Assembly (NCBI GenBank): GCA_963764165.1
Contig: CAVXRD010000002.1
Span: 224,001 to 288,000, forward strand
Length of the DNA: 64,000 bases
Reading direction: 5' to 3'
From: an uncultured Verrucomicrobiae bacterium
GTDB taxonomy: Bacteria; Verrucomicrobiota; Verrucomicrobiia; Limisphaerales; Palsa-1400
Shown here: positions 46,004 to 56,642 of the stretch, one piece after another
Layout of the letters: each line of letters opens with the position of its first letter
Numbering within the stretch: position 1 is the first letter of the stretch
The notes under the pieces: generated by a model
The model's database searches: none
The model's input: the letters and a program-made list of their open reading frames with translations, nothing else
Told to the model about the DNA's origin: nothing
Made by a program: the position numbers and the translations under genes

Positions 46004-47080
46004 TCAGGATTTGAACGGAATTTCCTCCGCGCGCACTGGAATTCTTCCCGCGGCGGTTTCCAATTCAATCGCCGCGCCCGGCTGGTTCGCTTCACGCCGA
46101 ATGTAACCAAGCGCAACCATTTTCTGCAACACGGGTGACCATGCCGCGCTCGTGATGTGGCCGATTTCCTTGTCGCCAATAAAAAGCTTTGCGCCCTTCG
46201 CTGGCGCTTCCTTTGCCTCACTGGCGAATTTGAAACCGCGCAAAGACTTTGCGACCTGGCCATAAGTCCTCACGCGGGCAATAACTTCCTGCCCGATGTA
46301 ACAGCCCTTGGCATAGCTGATGGCGCGCGTGTCCACCGCCTCGGGAGCCAGATTGGTTTCGTCCATATCCGCGCCGAACCGTGGCACGCCGGTTTCGATG
46401 CGCTGAGTCTCCAACGCCTGCCAGCCGGACAATTTCCCACCGCTGGCCATTAACTTTTCCAATGCGCCATCCATCGAATTCATTGGGACGAACAAATCAA
46501 AACCCGGCCCGCAAATCGCCGCGCGCCGAGCTGCGTAAATCTCCCCAAATGCCGAATGGTCCCATTTGGTGGCATTCATGGAAGTCGGCGGAAGCGGAAA
46601 GTTTGGCGCGAACGCTGTCAATGCGGGTTCCGCCTTCGGCCCGTAAATTCCCAGCATTCCGTAATGCGGCGCGGCATCGACGATTTGCACGTCCTCGGCG
46701 ATGACATATTTCTCCAGCCGTTCCGCAACCGCTTTCGAAAAGCCTGGTTCGAAATCCAACAGGAGTTCATTCTCCAGGCGGTAGATATTCATGTCGCTTT
46801 GGAGCTTGCCCTTGGCGGAGACAACGGCGGCGTAGCAGCCTGCGCCCACATTGAGGTCTTTGATATTATTGGTCACCTGTCCGTGGAGAAATCGCTGCGC
46901 ATCCGCGCCCAGCAAACAAAGGCGGCTGCGAAAACTCAGGTCAATCAGTCCCGCGCCGTCCCGCAAAGCGGCGTATTCGGCCAGCCAATCGCCGTAATGC
47001 GCTGCGGCCTCCTGGCCGTTGACCTCGGTGAAGGCCGCGCTCCGCGCCTGATGAAATGAGTGCAATGCAAGTGACACCAT
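46004..47080 (-). CDS. ygfZ: YgfZ/GcvT-family folate-binding protein
   Basis: DAQRFLHGQVTN, AISYAKGCYIGQE motif. Confidence 0.88.
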   Translation of the reverse strand: MVSLALHSFHQARSAAFTEVNGQEAAAHYGDWLAEYAALRDGAGLIDLSFRSRLCLLGADAQRFLHGQVTNNIKDLNVGAGCYAAVVSAKGKLQSDMNIYRLENELLLDFEPGFSKAVAERLEKYVIAEDVQIVDAAPHYGMLGIYGPKAEPALTAFAPNFPLPPTSMNATKWDHSAFGEIYAARRAAICGPGFDLFVPMNSMDGALEKLMASGGKLSGWQALETQRIETGVPRFGADMDETNLAPEAVDTRAISYAKGCYIGQEVIARVRTYGQVAKSLRGFKFASEAKEAPAKGAKLFIGDKEIGHITSAAWSPVLQKMVALGYIRREANQPGAAIELETAAGRIPVRAEEIPFKS

Positions 47081-47177
47081 GATCCTTATTCGCCGACAAT
47101 TGCCGCTCGCGCAACGTCGAAAAAGCCGAATCACATTGCCAACGCGCCTTTATTTTGACTTAATCCATCGGCAACGG

Positions 47178-48056
47178 ATGAAATCAATGACCGGCTACGG
47201 ACGCGGCGAGTGCTCCCAGCGCGGGTTCAAAGTGACGGTGGAAGTCAGCTCGGTCAACCGGAAGCAGACTGAAATTGCCGTCAATTTGCCACGCGAATTG
47301 GAAGTCCTCGAAGCCCAGGTGCGCGATGAAATCAATCGCCGCGTTGCTCGCGGGCGCCTCACAGTGCGGATTTCCGTGCATGCGTCGCAAGGCGCTTCCG
47401 GCAAAATTCTCATCGACGCCGCGCTGGCGAAACATTACGCCAAGGAACTTCGGGCGCTGGCCAAGTCGCTGCATCTCAAGGACGATATTTCCCTCGATTT
47501 GCTCGCCCGCGCCCCGGGCGTCCTGCAACCCGCCGAGGAAACCGCCTCTGCCGAGGAACTCTGGCCCTCCATCAACAAAGCGCTGCAAACCGCGCTTGAT
47601 GTGCTTTTGAAAATGCGCGAGCGCGAGGGCGCGAACCTCGAAAAAGATCTCGTCTCCCGCGCTGGGGTGATGCGCGCGGGTGTCAAACATATTCTCAAGC
47701 TGGCGCCGCGCTCCGTCGAGCAATATCGGACGCAGCTCTTGGCGCGCATCAAGGCCGCCGGGATCGATGCGCCCGCGCTGGAGGACGAGCGCCTGGTCAA
47801 GGAAGTGTTTTATTTCGCAGACCGCTCGGATATTTCCGAGGAATTGACGCGCCTGGAAAGCCACTTTCAGCAGTTCGACGATTGCGTCAAGTCGAAGGAG
47901 CCGGTGGGCCGCACGCTCGACTTTCTGGCGCAGGAAATCAACCGCGAAATCAACACCCTCGGCTCCAAGGCCAACGACAGCGTCATTTCCCGCGAGGTCG
48001 TGACGCTGAAGGCGGAGCTGGAAAAATTTCGCGAGCAGGTGCAAAACGTTGAATGA
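47178..48056 (+). CDS. yicC: YicC/YloC-family endoribonuclease
   Basis: MKSMTGYG, SVNRK, DISEELTRL, GRTLDFLAQEINREINTLGSK, REQVQNVE. Confidence 0.95.
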   Translation: MKSMTGYGRGECSQRGFKVTVEVSSVNRKQTEIAVNLPRELEVLEAQVRDEINRRVARGRLTVRISVHASQGASGKILIDAALAKHYAKELRALAKSLHLKDDISLDLLARAPGVLQPAEETASAEELWPSINKALQTALDVLLKMREREGANLEKDLVSRAGVMRAGVKHILKLAPRSVEQYRTQLLARIKAAGIDAPALEDERLVKEVFYFADRSDISEELTRLESHFQQFDDCVKSKEPVGRTLDFLAQEINREINTLGSKANDSVISREVVTLKAELEKFREQVQNVE

Positions 48057-48697
48057 ACGCGGCCCCTCCAACGCGCGCCGCGAACACGACGCCACTGCTC
48101 ATCGTCATTTCCGCGCCCTCCGGCGGCGGCAAAACGACCCTCTGCCATCAATTGCTGGAGAAGCATCCCGAGATGACGCGGGCCATCACCTGCACCACGC
48201 GCGCGCCCCGCCCGGGGGAATTGCATGGGCGCGATTATTATTTCATTAGCGACGACGAATTTTCCAAACGCATCGAAGCCGGTTCGTTTCTGGAGCATGC
48301 GCGGGTGTTCGATCACAGTTACGGCACGCCGAAACCGGAGGTGCTCGACAAGCTCCTCACCGGGCACGATGTGTTGCTGAATATCGACGTGCAAGGAGCG
48401 GCCACCGTTTGCTCACGGGCGGCGGCGGATGCCGACCTGCGCCACGCGTTGGTGACAGTCTTCTTGACGCCGCCAAGTTTGCGCGAATTGGAGGGCCGGT
48501 TGCGCCGCCGAGGGACGGATTCGGACACGCAATTGCAGAAGCGGCTCAGCGTCGCGCGCCATGAGGTCGAGCAATGGCCTAACTTCCAATATTTGATTTT
48601 GAGCACGAGCATTGCGGAGGATTTGCGCCGCATGGAATCGATCATCGAAGCCGAGCGGATGCGTGGGGCGCGCTCAAGATTTTCGGTGACGGATTAA
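48053..48697 (+). CDS. gmk: Guanylate kinase
   Basis: SAPSGGGKTT, TTRAPRPGE..GRDYYF, YGTP, IDVQG, FLTPPS. Confidence 0.97.
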   Translation: MNAAPPTRAANTTPLLIVISAPSGGGKTTLCHQLLEKHPEMTRAITCTTRAPRPGELHGRDYYFISDDEFSKRIEAGSFLEHARVFDHSYGTPKPEVLDKLLTGHDVLLNIDVQGAATVCSRAAADADLRHALVTVFLTPPSLRELEGRLRRRGTDSDTQLQKRLSVARHEVEQWPNFQYLILSTSIAEDLRRMESIIEAERMRGARSRFSVTD

Positions 48698-48716
48698 GAA
48701 GGCCCGGGACGGTCCG

Positions 48717-48869
48717 TCACGCGAGAAAGCGCGAGCGCAGCCAAAGCAAACAACCCACCAGCAGCGTCAGCGCGACCAATAATCCCACGAATGCCCATAG
48801 CGTCACGACGACTCTTTTTTTGGTTTGAGCCTGCGGGTCATAGCTGCGGGTCAAATTCCTGCCGGTCAT
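48717..48869 (-). CDS. Possible 50-aa single-TM small protein
   Basis: MTGRNL...KKRVVVTLWAFVGLLVALTLLVGCLLWLRSR; GGAGG Shine-Dalgarno upstream of ATG 48869. Confidence 0.5.
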   Translation of the reverse strand: MTGRNLTRSYDPQAQTKKRVVVTLWAFVGLLVALTLLVGCLLWLRSRFLA

Positions 48870-49023
48870 TTCTGCCTCCTGTTTCGAACAATATAGCGCG
48901 GAAAGATCACTCTGTAAAATGCGGGCCGCCCGAAGGAAGCAACGCCTCGCCGAAGCGTCCGGTTGCGCGTGAATATACGCACGGCCCGCGCGCGACGAAT
49001 GCCTCACCCCGGACGCCTCGGCG

Positions 49024-49163
49024 GAGTCTGTCTCAAAACTCAAAAACGGCTTTAAAAAGCACCACCAAAACACCCTCGCCGAAAATAAAAATGCGCCATA
49101 TCGCAAATGAGAGATTAGTAGTATTGACACACTTTGAGGATTTTGTAGTTTTGAGACAATCTC
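49024..49163. mobile_element. 140-bp MITE (IS5/IS1182-like ends) inserted in a REP arm
   Basis: TIRs gagtctgtctcaaaact / agttttgagacaatctc (15/17); GGCG duplicated at 49020-49023 and 49164-49167; excision restores ggacgcctcggcgaggcgtccctacc. Confidence 0.8.
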
Positions 49164-49233
49164 GGCGAGGCGTCCCTACCTCGCTTCGCGACCGCACATT
49201 CGGCCCCATTTAATCGCACGCACGGGCGGATAG

Positions 49234-50973
49234 TTAAGCGGAAGGCATTTTCAAAATTGCGACGGAATCCGCGGGAAGCGTGACGCTCGCGCCATTTAAC
49301 AGAGCGCCCTCGTGCGATGTCGCGACCACTTCGTGCGCGCCCTCCCGCAATGAAATGGCGAATGGCGTGTCTCCCAAATTGCAGGCCACCGTCCACGGAC
49401 CACGTTCGAGAACGATTGAACGCTCTTTGTCATCGCTATGGGCGTTGACATATTCCATCCGGCCATCGGTCAAGGACGGTTCAGAGCGGCGGAGCCGGAT
49501 CAGTTTCTTGTGCCACTCGAGCAATTCGGTGTGGCGCGGCTTGGAAATCTCATTCCAGATTAATTTGGAGCGTTGAAATGTTTCCGGCGCTTGCGGATCG
49601 GGAATTTCCTCTTCCTTCCCAGCGAAATCGGGAAATTCGCGGCGGCGTCCCTCGCGAACAGCTTTGCCCAGCTCTGGATCCTCGTGATTCGAGAAATACA
49701 AAAACGGCGACGTCGCTCCCCATTCCTCGCCCTGAAAAAACATCGGCAGAAACGGCGACATCAAAACCAGCGCTGCCGCCGATTTCAGGTGGCCCATGCT
49801 GAGCAGATGGCAGCTGCGTTCGCCGAGGGCGCGATTTCCGATTTGGTCGTGATTTTGCAGGTAGGCAAGGAAACGAAACCCATCCAAGCCCGTCGGCGGG
49901 CGTCCGTGGCGGCGTTTGCGGAAAGGCGAGTAACGCCCGTCGTAAACGTAAGCCTGTCGGAACGCCTTGCACAAATCCGCCATCGAGCCGAAATCGGAGT
50001 AATACCCCTTCCTTTCGCCTGTCAGAACGGTGTGGAGCGCGTGATGAAAATCGTCGTTCCAATGCGCATGCAGCGCGTATCCTCCCCTGCCCCTCGCCCA
50101 CAAAAGCTTCGGGTCGTTGCGGTCGCTTTCGGCGATCAAAACGAGATGGCGCCCAAGCTCCGCTTCCAATTTCTTCACCTCTTCCGCCAGTTGCTCGATG
50201 AACGGCTCGGGCGAGCAGTCAACAATAGCGTGCAGCGCATCCAACCGGAGGCCATCGAAATGGTAATCGCGCAGCCACATCAGCGCGTTGTCGCAAAAAA
50301 AGCGGCGGACTTCGTCGCTGCCCGCGTCATCGTAATTAATCGCGGGACCCCACGGGGTGGAAAAATTGGTTTTTTGGTAGGGCCCGAATTTCATCCAATA
50401 ATTCCCAGCCGGGCCAAAGTGATTGTAGACAACGTCGAGTATCACCGCCAAATGCTTCAAATGGCACGCTTCCACCAGACGCTTCAAACCCTCAGGCGGC
50501 CCATAGGCGTGATGCGGCGCGAACAGGCCGACCCCGTCGTAACCCCAGCCGTGGTCGCCGGAGAATTCGTTAACAGGCATGATCTCGACGTGCGTCACGC
50601 CAAGCTCTACGAGATGATCGAGTTTTTCGATCGCGGCATCAAACGTCCCCTTCGGCGTAAAGGTGCCGATATGCAATTCGTAGATGATGGCGGACGAAAG
50701 CGGCGGCGCCTGCCACGCTGCGTCGGACCAGGCAAAATTCTTTTGTGTGACAGGCCGCGAAAGGCCGTTCACGCCGTTCGGCTGGTAAGGCGAGCGCGGG
50801 TCTGGAAACGGCCCTTCGCCATCAAGGAAAAATCCATAATCGCTGCCGGCGGCGAGCGTCGGCATCTCCAGCGTCCACCAATCGTCAGGCTGCCGGGTCA
50901 TCGGCATGCGCTGCTGCAAAATGGATAGTTCGACCGTTTTTGGCGTCGGCGCCCAAACTCGAAATGTGTGCAT
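49234..50973 (-). CDS. treZ: Malto-oligosyltrehalose trehalohydrolase
   Basis: FRVWAP, PDPRS, YELHIGTF, WGYDGV, DGLRLDA, WNDDFHH, QNHDQIGNR. Confidence 0.97.
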   Translation of the reverse strand: MHTFRVWAPTPKTVELSILQQRMPMTRQPDDWWTLEMPTLAAGSDYGFFLDGEGPFPDPRSPYQPNGVNGLSRPVTQKNFAWSDAAWQAPPLSSAIIYELHIGTFTPKGTFDAAIEKLDHLVELGVTHVEIMPVNEFSGDHGWGYDGVGLFAPHHAYGPPEGLKRLVEACHLKHLAVILDVVYNHFGPAGNYWMKFGPYQKTNFSTPWGPAINYDDAGSDEVRRFFCDNALMWLRDYHFDGLRLDALHAIVDCSPEPFIEQLAEEVKKLEAELGRHLVLIAESDRNDPKLLWARGRGGYALHAHWNDDFHHALHTVLTGERKGYYSDFGSMADLCKAFRQAYVYDGRYSPFRKRRHGRPPTGLDGFRFLAYLQNHDQIGNRALGERSCHLLSMGHLKSAAALVLMSPFLPMFFQGEEWGATSPFLYFSNHEDPELGKAVREGRRREFPDFAGKEEEIPDPQAPETFQRSKLIWNEISKPRHTELLEWHKKLIRLRRSEPSLTDGRMEYVNAHSDDKERSIVLERGPWTVACNLGDTPFAISLREGAHEVVATSHEGALLNGASVTLPADSVAILKMPSA

Positions 50974-53531
50974 TAAGCTTTTTCCTCCCGAACCAGCACT
51001 GCGACTGGAAAACCATCCAGCAAAGAATCAACATCGCCGCTTTTGATGGATGCGCCTGTTAGAAAATTCTTCCAAATGCCGGAGGGCAGCGGCACGGTGG
51101 TATTCCCCCATTTGCCATTAAACTCGCTGACGAAACGAGGCGCAATCACCGCCAGCTTTCCACCGCGTATATAGGCCAGAATGCGGTCTTTCTCGCTGCC
51201 GGACACAAAGAGCGGTTCGTAGGCGGAGGCTGGGCCAAAGAGTTCGGGGTCGCTGTTGCGCAATTCGAGCAATTTTGCGGTCAGCCACAGTTTCGGCATT
51301 CCCGATTCGCGCTGCTTCCACGCTGCCTGCGCGGACAATTTCTTCGCCTCGGCAAGCATGCGCTTGCGTGGCTCGAAATCCACCGGGCGGCGATTGTCCG
51401 GATCCGTCAGGCTGAAATCCCAGAGCTCCGTGCCCTGGTAAGTATCAGGCACTCCGGTTGCTGTTAATTTGACAGCGGTTTGCGACAGCGAGTTTTTCCA
51501 GCCCGCATCCACAATGGCCGCCACAAATTTTTCCACATCGGCCATGAAGCTCTTATCCTCCATCGCGCGAGTGATGAAATTCTTCAATGCGTTCTCAAAT
51601 TTTGGATTTGGATTTCCCCAGTCGGTATTCTCCTTCGCTTCGCGAGCGGCCTTCTGCATGTGGGCCTGCATGCGGTCGATTGAGGCCGGCCACGCGCCCA
51701 CCAGCGCTTGATAAAACAAATACTCGGTCTTGCGATCGGGAAATGCCTCCTGCCGTTTGGCGTCGTTCATTGCGCCCCAGCGGCGGACAGCCTCGATCCA
51801 TCGCTGCGGCTGCTCGGAAAGCACGGCGAGGCGGGCTCGAACGTCGCCGCCCCACTTCGTATCGTGGGTGGCGCTGGCCGCCATCGAGACGGGCCAAATC
51901 TCCTGCTGCGCGCGGCACCATGCGTGAAAATCCGGCAGGCTCATTCCGAATTTTCCGGGATCCCCGCCCACCTCATTCAGCGCGGCAAATCGCAAATAAC
52001 AATAGAACGCGGTGTCCTCGATGGACTTGGCCATCAGCGCGCCCGTCAATTGCTGAAAGCGCAAAACAAAATCGTCCTCGAACTGCCCACGGTGGCGGAA
52101 GAGCAGCAAGTCCTCGAGAAATTGGAACAGCTCGCGCGGAAGCTGCGGTTGAAAAGCATGGGCCGCCTTCGCCGCGTCCCGGACCAGATGCTTGTCGATT
52201 TCGCTGACGGCGGGAACATCATTGGCGCCGGTGTAGGTGCGATAAACGGGAATGCACGTCGCCAGTTCCGACCACGCTTCGCGCAATTCCGCGCGGGTGA
52301 AATCGCGGCATTCCCAATGGCGCGCGGAAATGTGAACGAGCAAATCCGTCAGCCGATTGGCCTCGGATGAAAGCTGGCTATTGATGAAGCCGATTTTTTT
52401 GGCGCGAACGACATCGGTGTATTCCGCGTTGTCGCCCGTGAACTCCTTGTAAAATTCCGTTAGAGGCTGTTCGCCGGCGGGATCGACGAAGACGCCGTTC
52501 AGATTGATCAGAAAATCGTATCCAGTCGTCCCGTTGACAGGCCAATCAGGATTCAGCGGCTCGCCGGGCTCCAGAATTTTCTCGATGACAATCCAGGAAT
52601 TCGGCGCCAGGGCGCGAAGGCGATTCAGAAATTGCTCGGGATGGCGCAAGCCGTCCGAATGATCGACCCGCAAGCCATCAATCCAGCCGTTCCGCAGCCA
52701 TTGCTTGACACATGAGAAAGCCTGGTCAAACACCGGCTGCTCCTCAATTCGGACCCCGGCGAGGCTGGCGATGGTGAAGAATCGGCGATAGTTCAGCATC
52801 GAATCGCCGTTGCGCCACGACATCATCAAATAATTCTGCTTTTGAATGAAATCATCCATCGCGGCGGGGTCATTGTTGAGTTTCGCGAGAATCACGGTGC
52901 GCCCCTTGGCGGCGGCCCCAATCGTGGCCGCCACGCTTTCGGGGGAAACCGGCAGCGTCATGCCGTTGTACTCCAGCGCGAGCCTGCCGTTCTTTTCTGT
53001 CAACTGAATGGCTTTCTTCGCCAAAGCCTCGTGGTAGCGCTCACCCATGATGGGAAGCGCAATCTTTCCGCGCAACCGGGGATCCGGCGCCTGCCAGTTG
53101 ATGTCGAAATAATTCGCATAGGGGCTGTTCGATCCGTGAGTCAGGACATCGAGCCACCACGGATTATTTTGCAAGTCGATCCCCATGTGATTCGGCACCA
53201 CATCGAGCACAAGGCCCATGCCGTGTTTGGCCAATGCCTGGTGGAACTTCTCCAAATCGCCCGTTGTGCCGATTTCCGGGTTGATCTGGGTGAAATCCGC
53301 AGCGTCGTAGCCATGCGTGCTTCCCGGGATCGCCTTCAGCAGCGGTGAGGAATAAACGTGGCTCACGCCAAGCTCGGCCAGATATTCCACCAGGTCACGC
53401 GCCTGCGCGAGAGTGAAGTCCTTGTTGAATTGCAGCCGGTAGGTCGCATGGGGAGCCGACTTCACACCGCGCGAACGCGGCGAGGTTTCTGCTGGGCCGG
53501 ATTTGGGCTCGGTTCGAACCGCCGTTTCCAT
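50973..53531 (-). CDS. treY: Malto-oligosyltrehalose synthase
   Basis: ATYRLQF, GSTHGYD, DVVPNHM, NYRRFF, DGLRVDH, ATHDTK, DPDNRRPVDF; start METAVR at 53531. Confidence 0.97.
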   Translation of the reverse strand: METAVRTEPKSGPAETSPRSRGVKSAPHATYRLQFNKDFTLAQARDLVEYLAELGVSHVYSSPLLKAIPGSTHGYDAADFTQINPEIGTTGDLEKFHQALAKHGMGLVLDVVPNHMGIDLQNNPWWLDVLTHGSNSPYANYFDINWQAPDPRLRGKIALPIMGERYHEALAKKAIQLTEKNGRLALEYNGMTLPVSPESVAATIGAAAKGRTVILAKLNNDPAAMDDFIQKQNYLMMSWRNGDSMLNYRRFFTIASLAGVRIEEQPVFDQAFSCVKQWLRNGWIDGLRVDHSDGLRHPEQFLNRLRALAPNSWIVIEKILEPGEPLNPDWPVNGTTGYDFLINLNGVFVDPAGEQPLTEFYKEFTGDNAEYTDVVRAKKIGFINSQLSSEANRLTDLLVHISARHWECRDFTRAELREAWSELATCIPVYRTYTGANDVPAVSEIDKHLVRDAAKAAHAFQPQLPRELFQFLEDLLLFRHRGQFEDDFVLRFQQLTGALMAKSIEDTAFYCYLRFAALNEVGGDPGKFGMSLPDFHAWCRAQQEIWPVSMAASATHDTKWGGDVRARLAVLSEQPQRWIEAVRRWGAMNDAKRQEAFPDRKTEYLFYQALVGAWPASIDRMQAHMQKAAREAKENTDWGNPNPKFENALKNFITRAMEDKSFMADVEKFVAAIVDAGWKNSLSQTAVKLTATGVPDTYQGTELWDFSLTDPDNRRPVDFEPRKRMLAEAKKLSAQAAWKQRESGMPKLWLTAKLLELRNSDPELFGPASAYEPLFVSGSEKDRILAYIRGGKLAVIAPRFVSEFNGKWGNTTVPLPSGIWKNFLTGASIKSGDVDSLLDGFPVAVLVREEKA

Positions 53532-53544
53532 AAGCGTGGCGAGG

Positions 53545-56064
53545 TTAAGCGGCGGGTTCGAGTATTTCTTCCACCGGCTTTGCTTCCGGTTTCGTCTCGG
53601 GGCTCTCCACGCGCGGCTTGACGGGATCTTCCGTCGCCAGCGCCGCGGAGAATCCCAGCACTTGCCCCAATTCCGCAAACAATGTGGTCCACGTCTTCGC
53701 CACGTCGTCGCCATCGGAGGCGCGGCGCTTCATCTCGGCCGACACGGTGTTCGATACATCGACATAGATATTTTGCGGCTTCCACAGATTGGCGTCGAAC
53801 GGAAGCTCATGGAGCAGCTTGGCGTCATCAATGAATTGCTTGAGCAATTCCAGATCGCACGGTGTTGTCAGAAGTTTCTCGCTCAACCTGTCGAAGTGCA
53901 GCTTGCACGCGTAGGCAATTGTCTCCTTGTCGAGAGCCACCTTGGTCGTCCTGACCTCGTTGAACAAGCTGCGCAGGCGCGTCGCGTCAATCTTTCCACC
54001 TTCAAAGGCGGATCGAATTTCCGTATTGAGCACCAGCTCGACAGCCGTGTTGAGTCCTTCCAGGGGCGGCGCATTCAAGTCCGACAGCACCCTCAGCAGA
54101 GGCTCGTGACGGTCAACGATAAGTTTGTAGGCGGTGTGAATTTCATCCCGCGTGGCGGAAAGAATCTGGTTGAGCACCTTGCGCTGCTCGTCGCGGAACA
54201 GGCTCTTCAAAGAATAATGCATCTCCCCGAAATGCCGATCCATCAGGCGGATGATTTCGGAGAAATCCCCGCGCTCGAACGCCGCCTTCGAATCCTCGAT
54301 CAACTGGGCCTGCTCCGAAGGTCCGCCGTTGAGGCGCACCCAGCAATTCAAATTATGGCTTCCCATGTAAAGCACGCCGTAGGTCAGGACATCCGAGGCC
54401 TTCGTGATTTCAAATGTCACCCGGGCGCTGCCAATCAAGAGCCGGGCGGCGCCGGACATAAACATTTGCCGCTCCTGCTGCTTGAAAGAGAAGGCATACA
54501 GCCGCGCCTCCTCCGGATACGATTCGAACACGGAACTGATGGCATAGTGCGCGCCAACCAAATTCCGCGTGATGATCGCCGGCTTGACAAATTTCTCGTA
54601 AATTTGTTTCCCGTCGCCGTTCTCGGGGATGTTGCTTTTGGCGTCAACGAGAAGATTGGTGAAACCTTCCTCAAGGTCGTCGTTCCAAAGCTCCCTGGCC
54701 AGCTGAACCGCCCGGGCCGCGTATTGCAAAACCTGGACCGACTCCAGCCCGGAAATTTCATCAAAGAACCATCCGCAGCTCGTATACATGAGCATCGTAT
54801 GCCGCTGCAGCTCCAGCATGCGCAGGGCGAGAACCCGCTCATCTTCGGACAAGGGGCGCACCGCGTGGCGAGCCAGGAACCTCTCCACGTTCTCGTGAGA
54901 GCGATCAAGAATAACATTGATGTATTCATCTCGCGCCACCCAGGGATTCTTCAGCAATTCGCCGGCGCGCTTTTCGTAGCGGGGCGCGAGTTCGTCGCGC
55001 AGCCAGTCGAGCGCTTTGCGCAGCGGCCCGCGCCAGCTTTGGTTCCAGTTGCCGTGCCCCCCGGAATTGCAGCCGCAATCCTGAAACCAGCGGCCCACCC
55101 CGTGCGAGCAGCTCCACGCGCTTGGGCAATGAACTTCCGCCTCGTGGGTCGGCGGATGTTTCTCCAAAAACTCCCCATAAACTGTCAACTGAACATCGGC
55201 GCGCATTTCGACGCTCCGCAAGGCGTAGGCCAGGGCCATGTCTCCGTAATGGAAATGATGCCCGTACGATTCGCCGTCGGTGCCCACGTGAACCAATTGG
55301 TCCCAATCGCGGGCGTCGCTGAACGCCCCCACAAGGCGATCCGCAAGCCGGCCCCCGTCGGTCAACAAACGCTCAAAGGCGACTGCCTGCGCCACGGGCG
55401 CATCATAAAAGAAAACGGCGATGGATTTGCCAGACGGCAAATTCACCTTGTAAGCGCGGGACGGATCCACTTTGCCGCCGTTGACGTCCTGCCAATCCCC
55501 GCCGCCAATGGGCCGCACACGGCTGGCCTGGAACGGCGAGAGGATGGTGAATTGAATGCCGAACTGCGCGAGCGCCTCAAGCGACTCGATATCAACGCCG
55601 CATTCCGGCAGCCACATTCCCTCCGGCGAGCGGCCGAAGCGGGCCTCAAAATCCCGCACGCCCCATGCCACCTGCGTGATTTTGTCCCTCGCGTTGGAGA
55701 GGGGCATGATTTGATGATTGTAGCATTGCGCGATGGCGGAGCCGTGGCCGGAAAACCGGCGCTGGCTTTCCTTGTCGGCGTCTTGCAGCGCTTTCAGGAT
55801 ATCCGGCGCCTTTTCCTGCATCCATAACAGCAGGCTCGGGCCGAAATTGAAGCTGATGCGCGAATAATTATTGACGATCTGCTCAATCCTGCTTTCGCCA
55901 TCGATCAAACGAGAATGGGCGTTGGGCGCGTAACATTCGGCTGTGATCCGCTCATTCCAATCGTGATAGGGATGGGCGGAGTCCTGCATTTCAACCGCTT
56001 CCAGCCACGGGTTTTCCCGCGGCGGCTGGTAGAAATGACCATGCACGCAAATGTATTTTTTCAT
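53545..56064 (-). CDS. Glycoside hydrolase family 57 / DUF3536 protein
   Basis: HGHFYQPPRENPW, ISFNFGP, GMWLPE, TDGESYGHH, WSCSHGVGRW, MYTSCGWFFDE. Confidence 0.94.
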   Translation of the reverse strand: MKKYICVHGHFYQPPRENPWLEAVEMQDSAHPYHDWNERITAECYAPNAHSRLIDGESRIEQIVNNYSRISFNFGPSLLLWMQEKAPDILKALQDADKESQRRFSGHGSAIAQCYNHQIMPLSNARDKITQVAWGVRDFEARFGRSPEGMWLPECGVDIESLEALAQFGIQFTILSPFQASRVRPIGGGDWQDVNGGKVDPSRAYKVNLPSGKSIAVFFYDAPVAQAVAFERLLTDGGRLADRLVGAFSDARDWDQLVHVGTDGESYGHHFHYGDMALAYALRSVEMRADVQLTVYGEFLEKHPPTHEAEVHCPSAWSCSHGVGRWFQDCGCNSGGHGNWNQSWRGPLRKALDWLRDELAPRYEKRAGELLKNPWVARDEYINVILDRSHENVERFLARHAVRPLSEDERVLALRMLELQRHTMLMYTSCGWFFDEISGLESVQVLQYAARAVQLARELWNDDLEEGFTNLLVDAKSNIPENGDGKQIYEKFVKPAIITRNLVGAHYAISSVFESYPEEARLYAFSFKQQERQMFMSGAARLLIGSARVTFEITKASDVLTYGVLYMGSHNLNCWVRLNGGPSEQAQLIEDSKAAFERGDFSEIIRLMDRHFGEMHYSLKSLFRDEQRKVLNQILSATRDEIHTAYKLIVDRHEPLLRVLSDLNAPPLEGLNTAVELVLNTEIRSAFEGGKIDATRLRSLFNEVRTTKVALDKETIAYACKLHFDRLSEKLLTTPCDLELLKQFIDDAKLLHELPFDANLWKPQNIYVDVSNTVSAEMKRRASDGDDVAKTWTTLFAELGQVLGFSAALATEDPVKPRVESPETKPEAKPVEEILEPAA

Positions 56065-56090
56065 ATCTTGACGCGCCCGATTGGGAACAA

Positions 56091-56441
56091 TTACTGGCGG
56101 ATGTCGATGCTGTTGGTCACGTCGCGAACTCCCGCGGTGTTCTTGGCCAGGTCGGTCGCATGGGCGCGCGCATCCGGGGACACCACGAAGCCGCTCAACT
56201 GAACACTGCCTTTGAAGGTCGTGACATGGACGCCGTCATACTTGAACGTGGGATCAGAACCCAGGGCGCTCTTGACGCGGGCCGTGATGGCGGTGTCATC
56301 GATTTCTTCTCCGGTGCTCTCGTGGTAGCGATCACCCGCGCAACCCGTCACGGTCATGGCGACCACAGGCGCAACGGAAACGCAAACGAGCGCAACAAAA
56401 CGCTGGGTGTTATTCTTCCAATAGTTGATTGTTTTCTTCAT
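56091..56441 (-). CDS. BON-domain (OsmY-like) lipoprotein
   Basis: Lipobox VTGC; STGEEIDDTAITARVKSAL, VQLSGFV, GVRDVTN. Confidence 0.9.
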   Translation of the reverse strand: MKKTINYWKNNTQRFVALVCVSVAPVVAMTVTGCAGDRYHESTGEEIDDTAITARVKSALGSDPTFKYDGVHVTTFKGSVQLSGFVVSPDARAHATDLAKNTAGVRDVTNSIDIRQ

Positions 56442-56642
56442 AGTAACTTTTCCTTTTGTGTATTTTCCTGCACTTGCCTTGCTGCCAAATCCACCTTGGA
56501 TGGCAGTCCCGTCACTCTCGTGTATCAAGCGCACTATGCCCATAGGGTGTTCCCCCGCCGCTCCGTACTTTTTCACCCACAGGTCATCACCCCATATGGC
56601 GGATGCATGGCGAGGGATTAATTTTCACGCGAGAGGCAAGCT

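Noticed and set aside
48870..49130. N-terminal extension of the 137-aa ORF 48717-49130
   Set aside because: It reads through the MITE and REP sequence; only the final 50 aa has an RBS and a TM
53503..55827. 774-aa plus-strand ORF (also 2332-3834, 26955-28445, 32930-34294, 39513-41036, 49573-50928)
   Set aside because: Antisense shadows of well-supported genes in high-GC DNA, with no recognisable motifs
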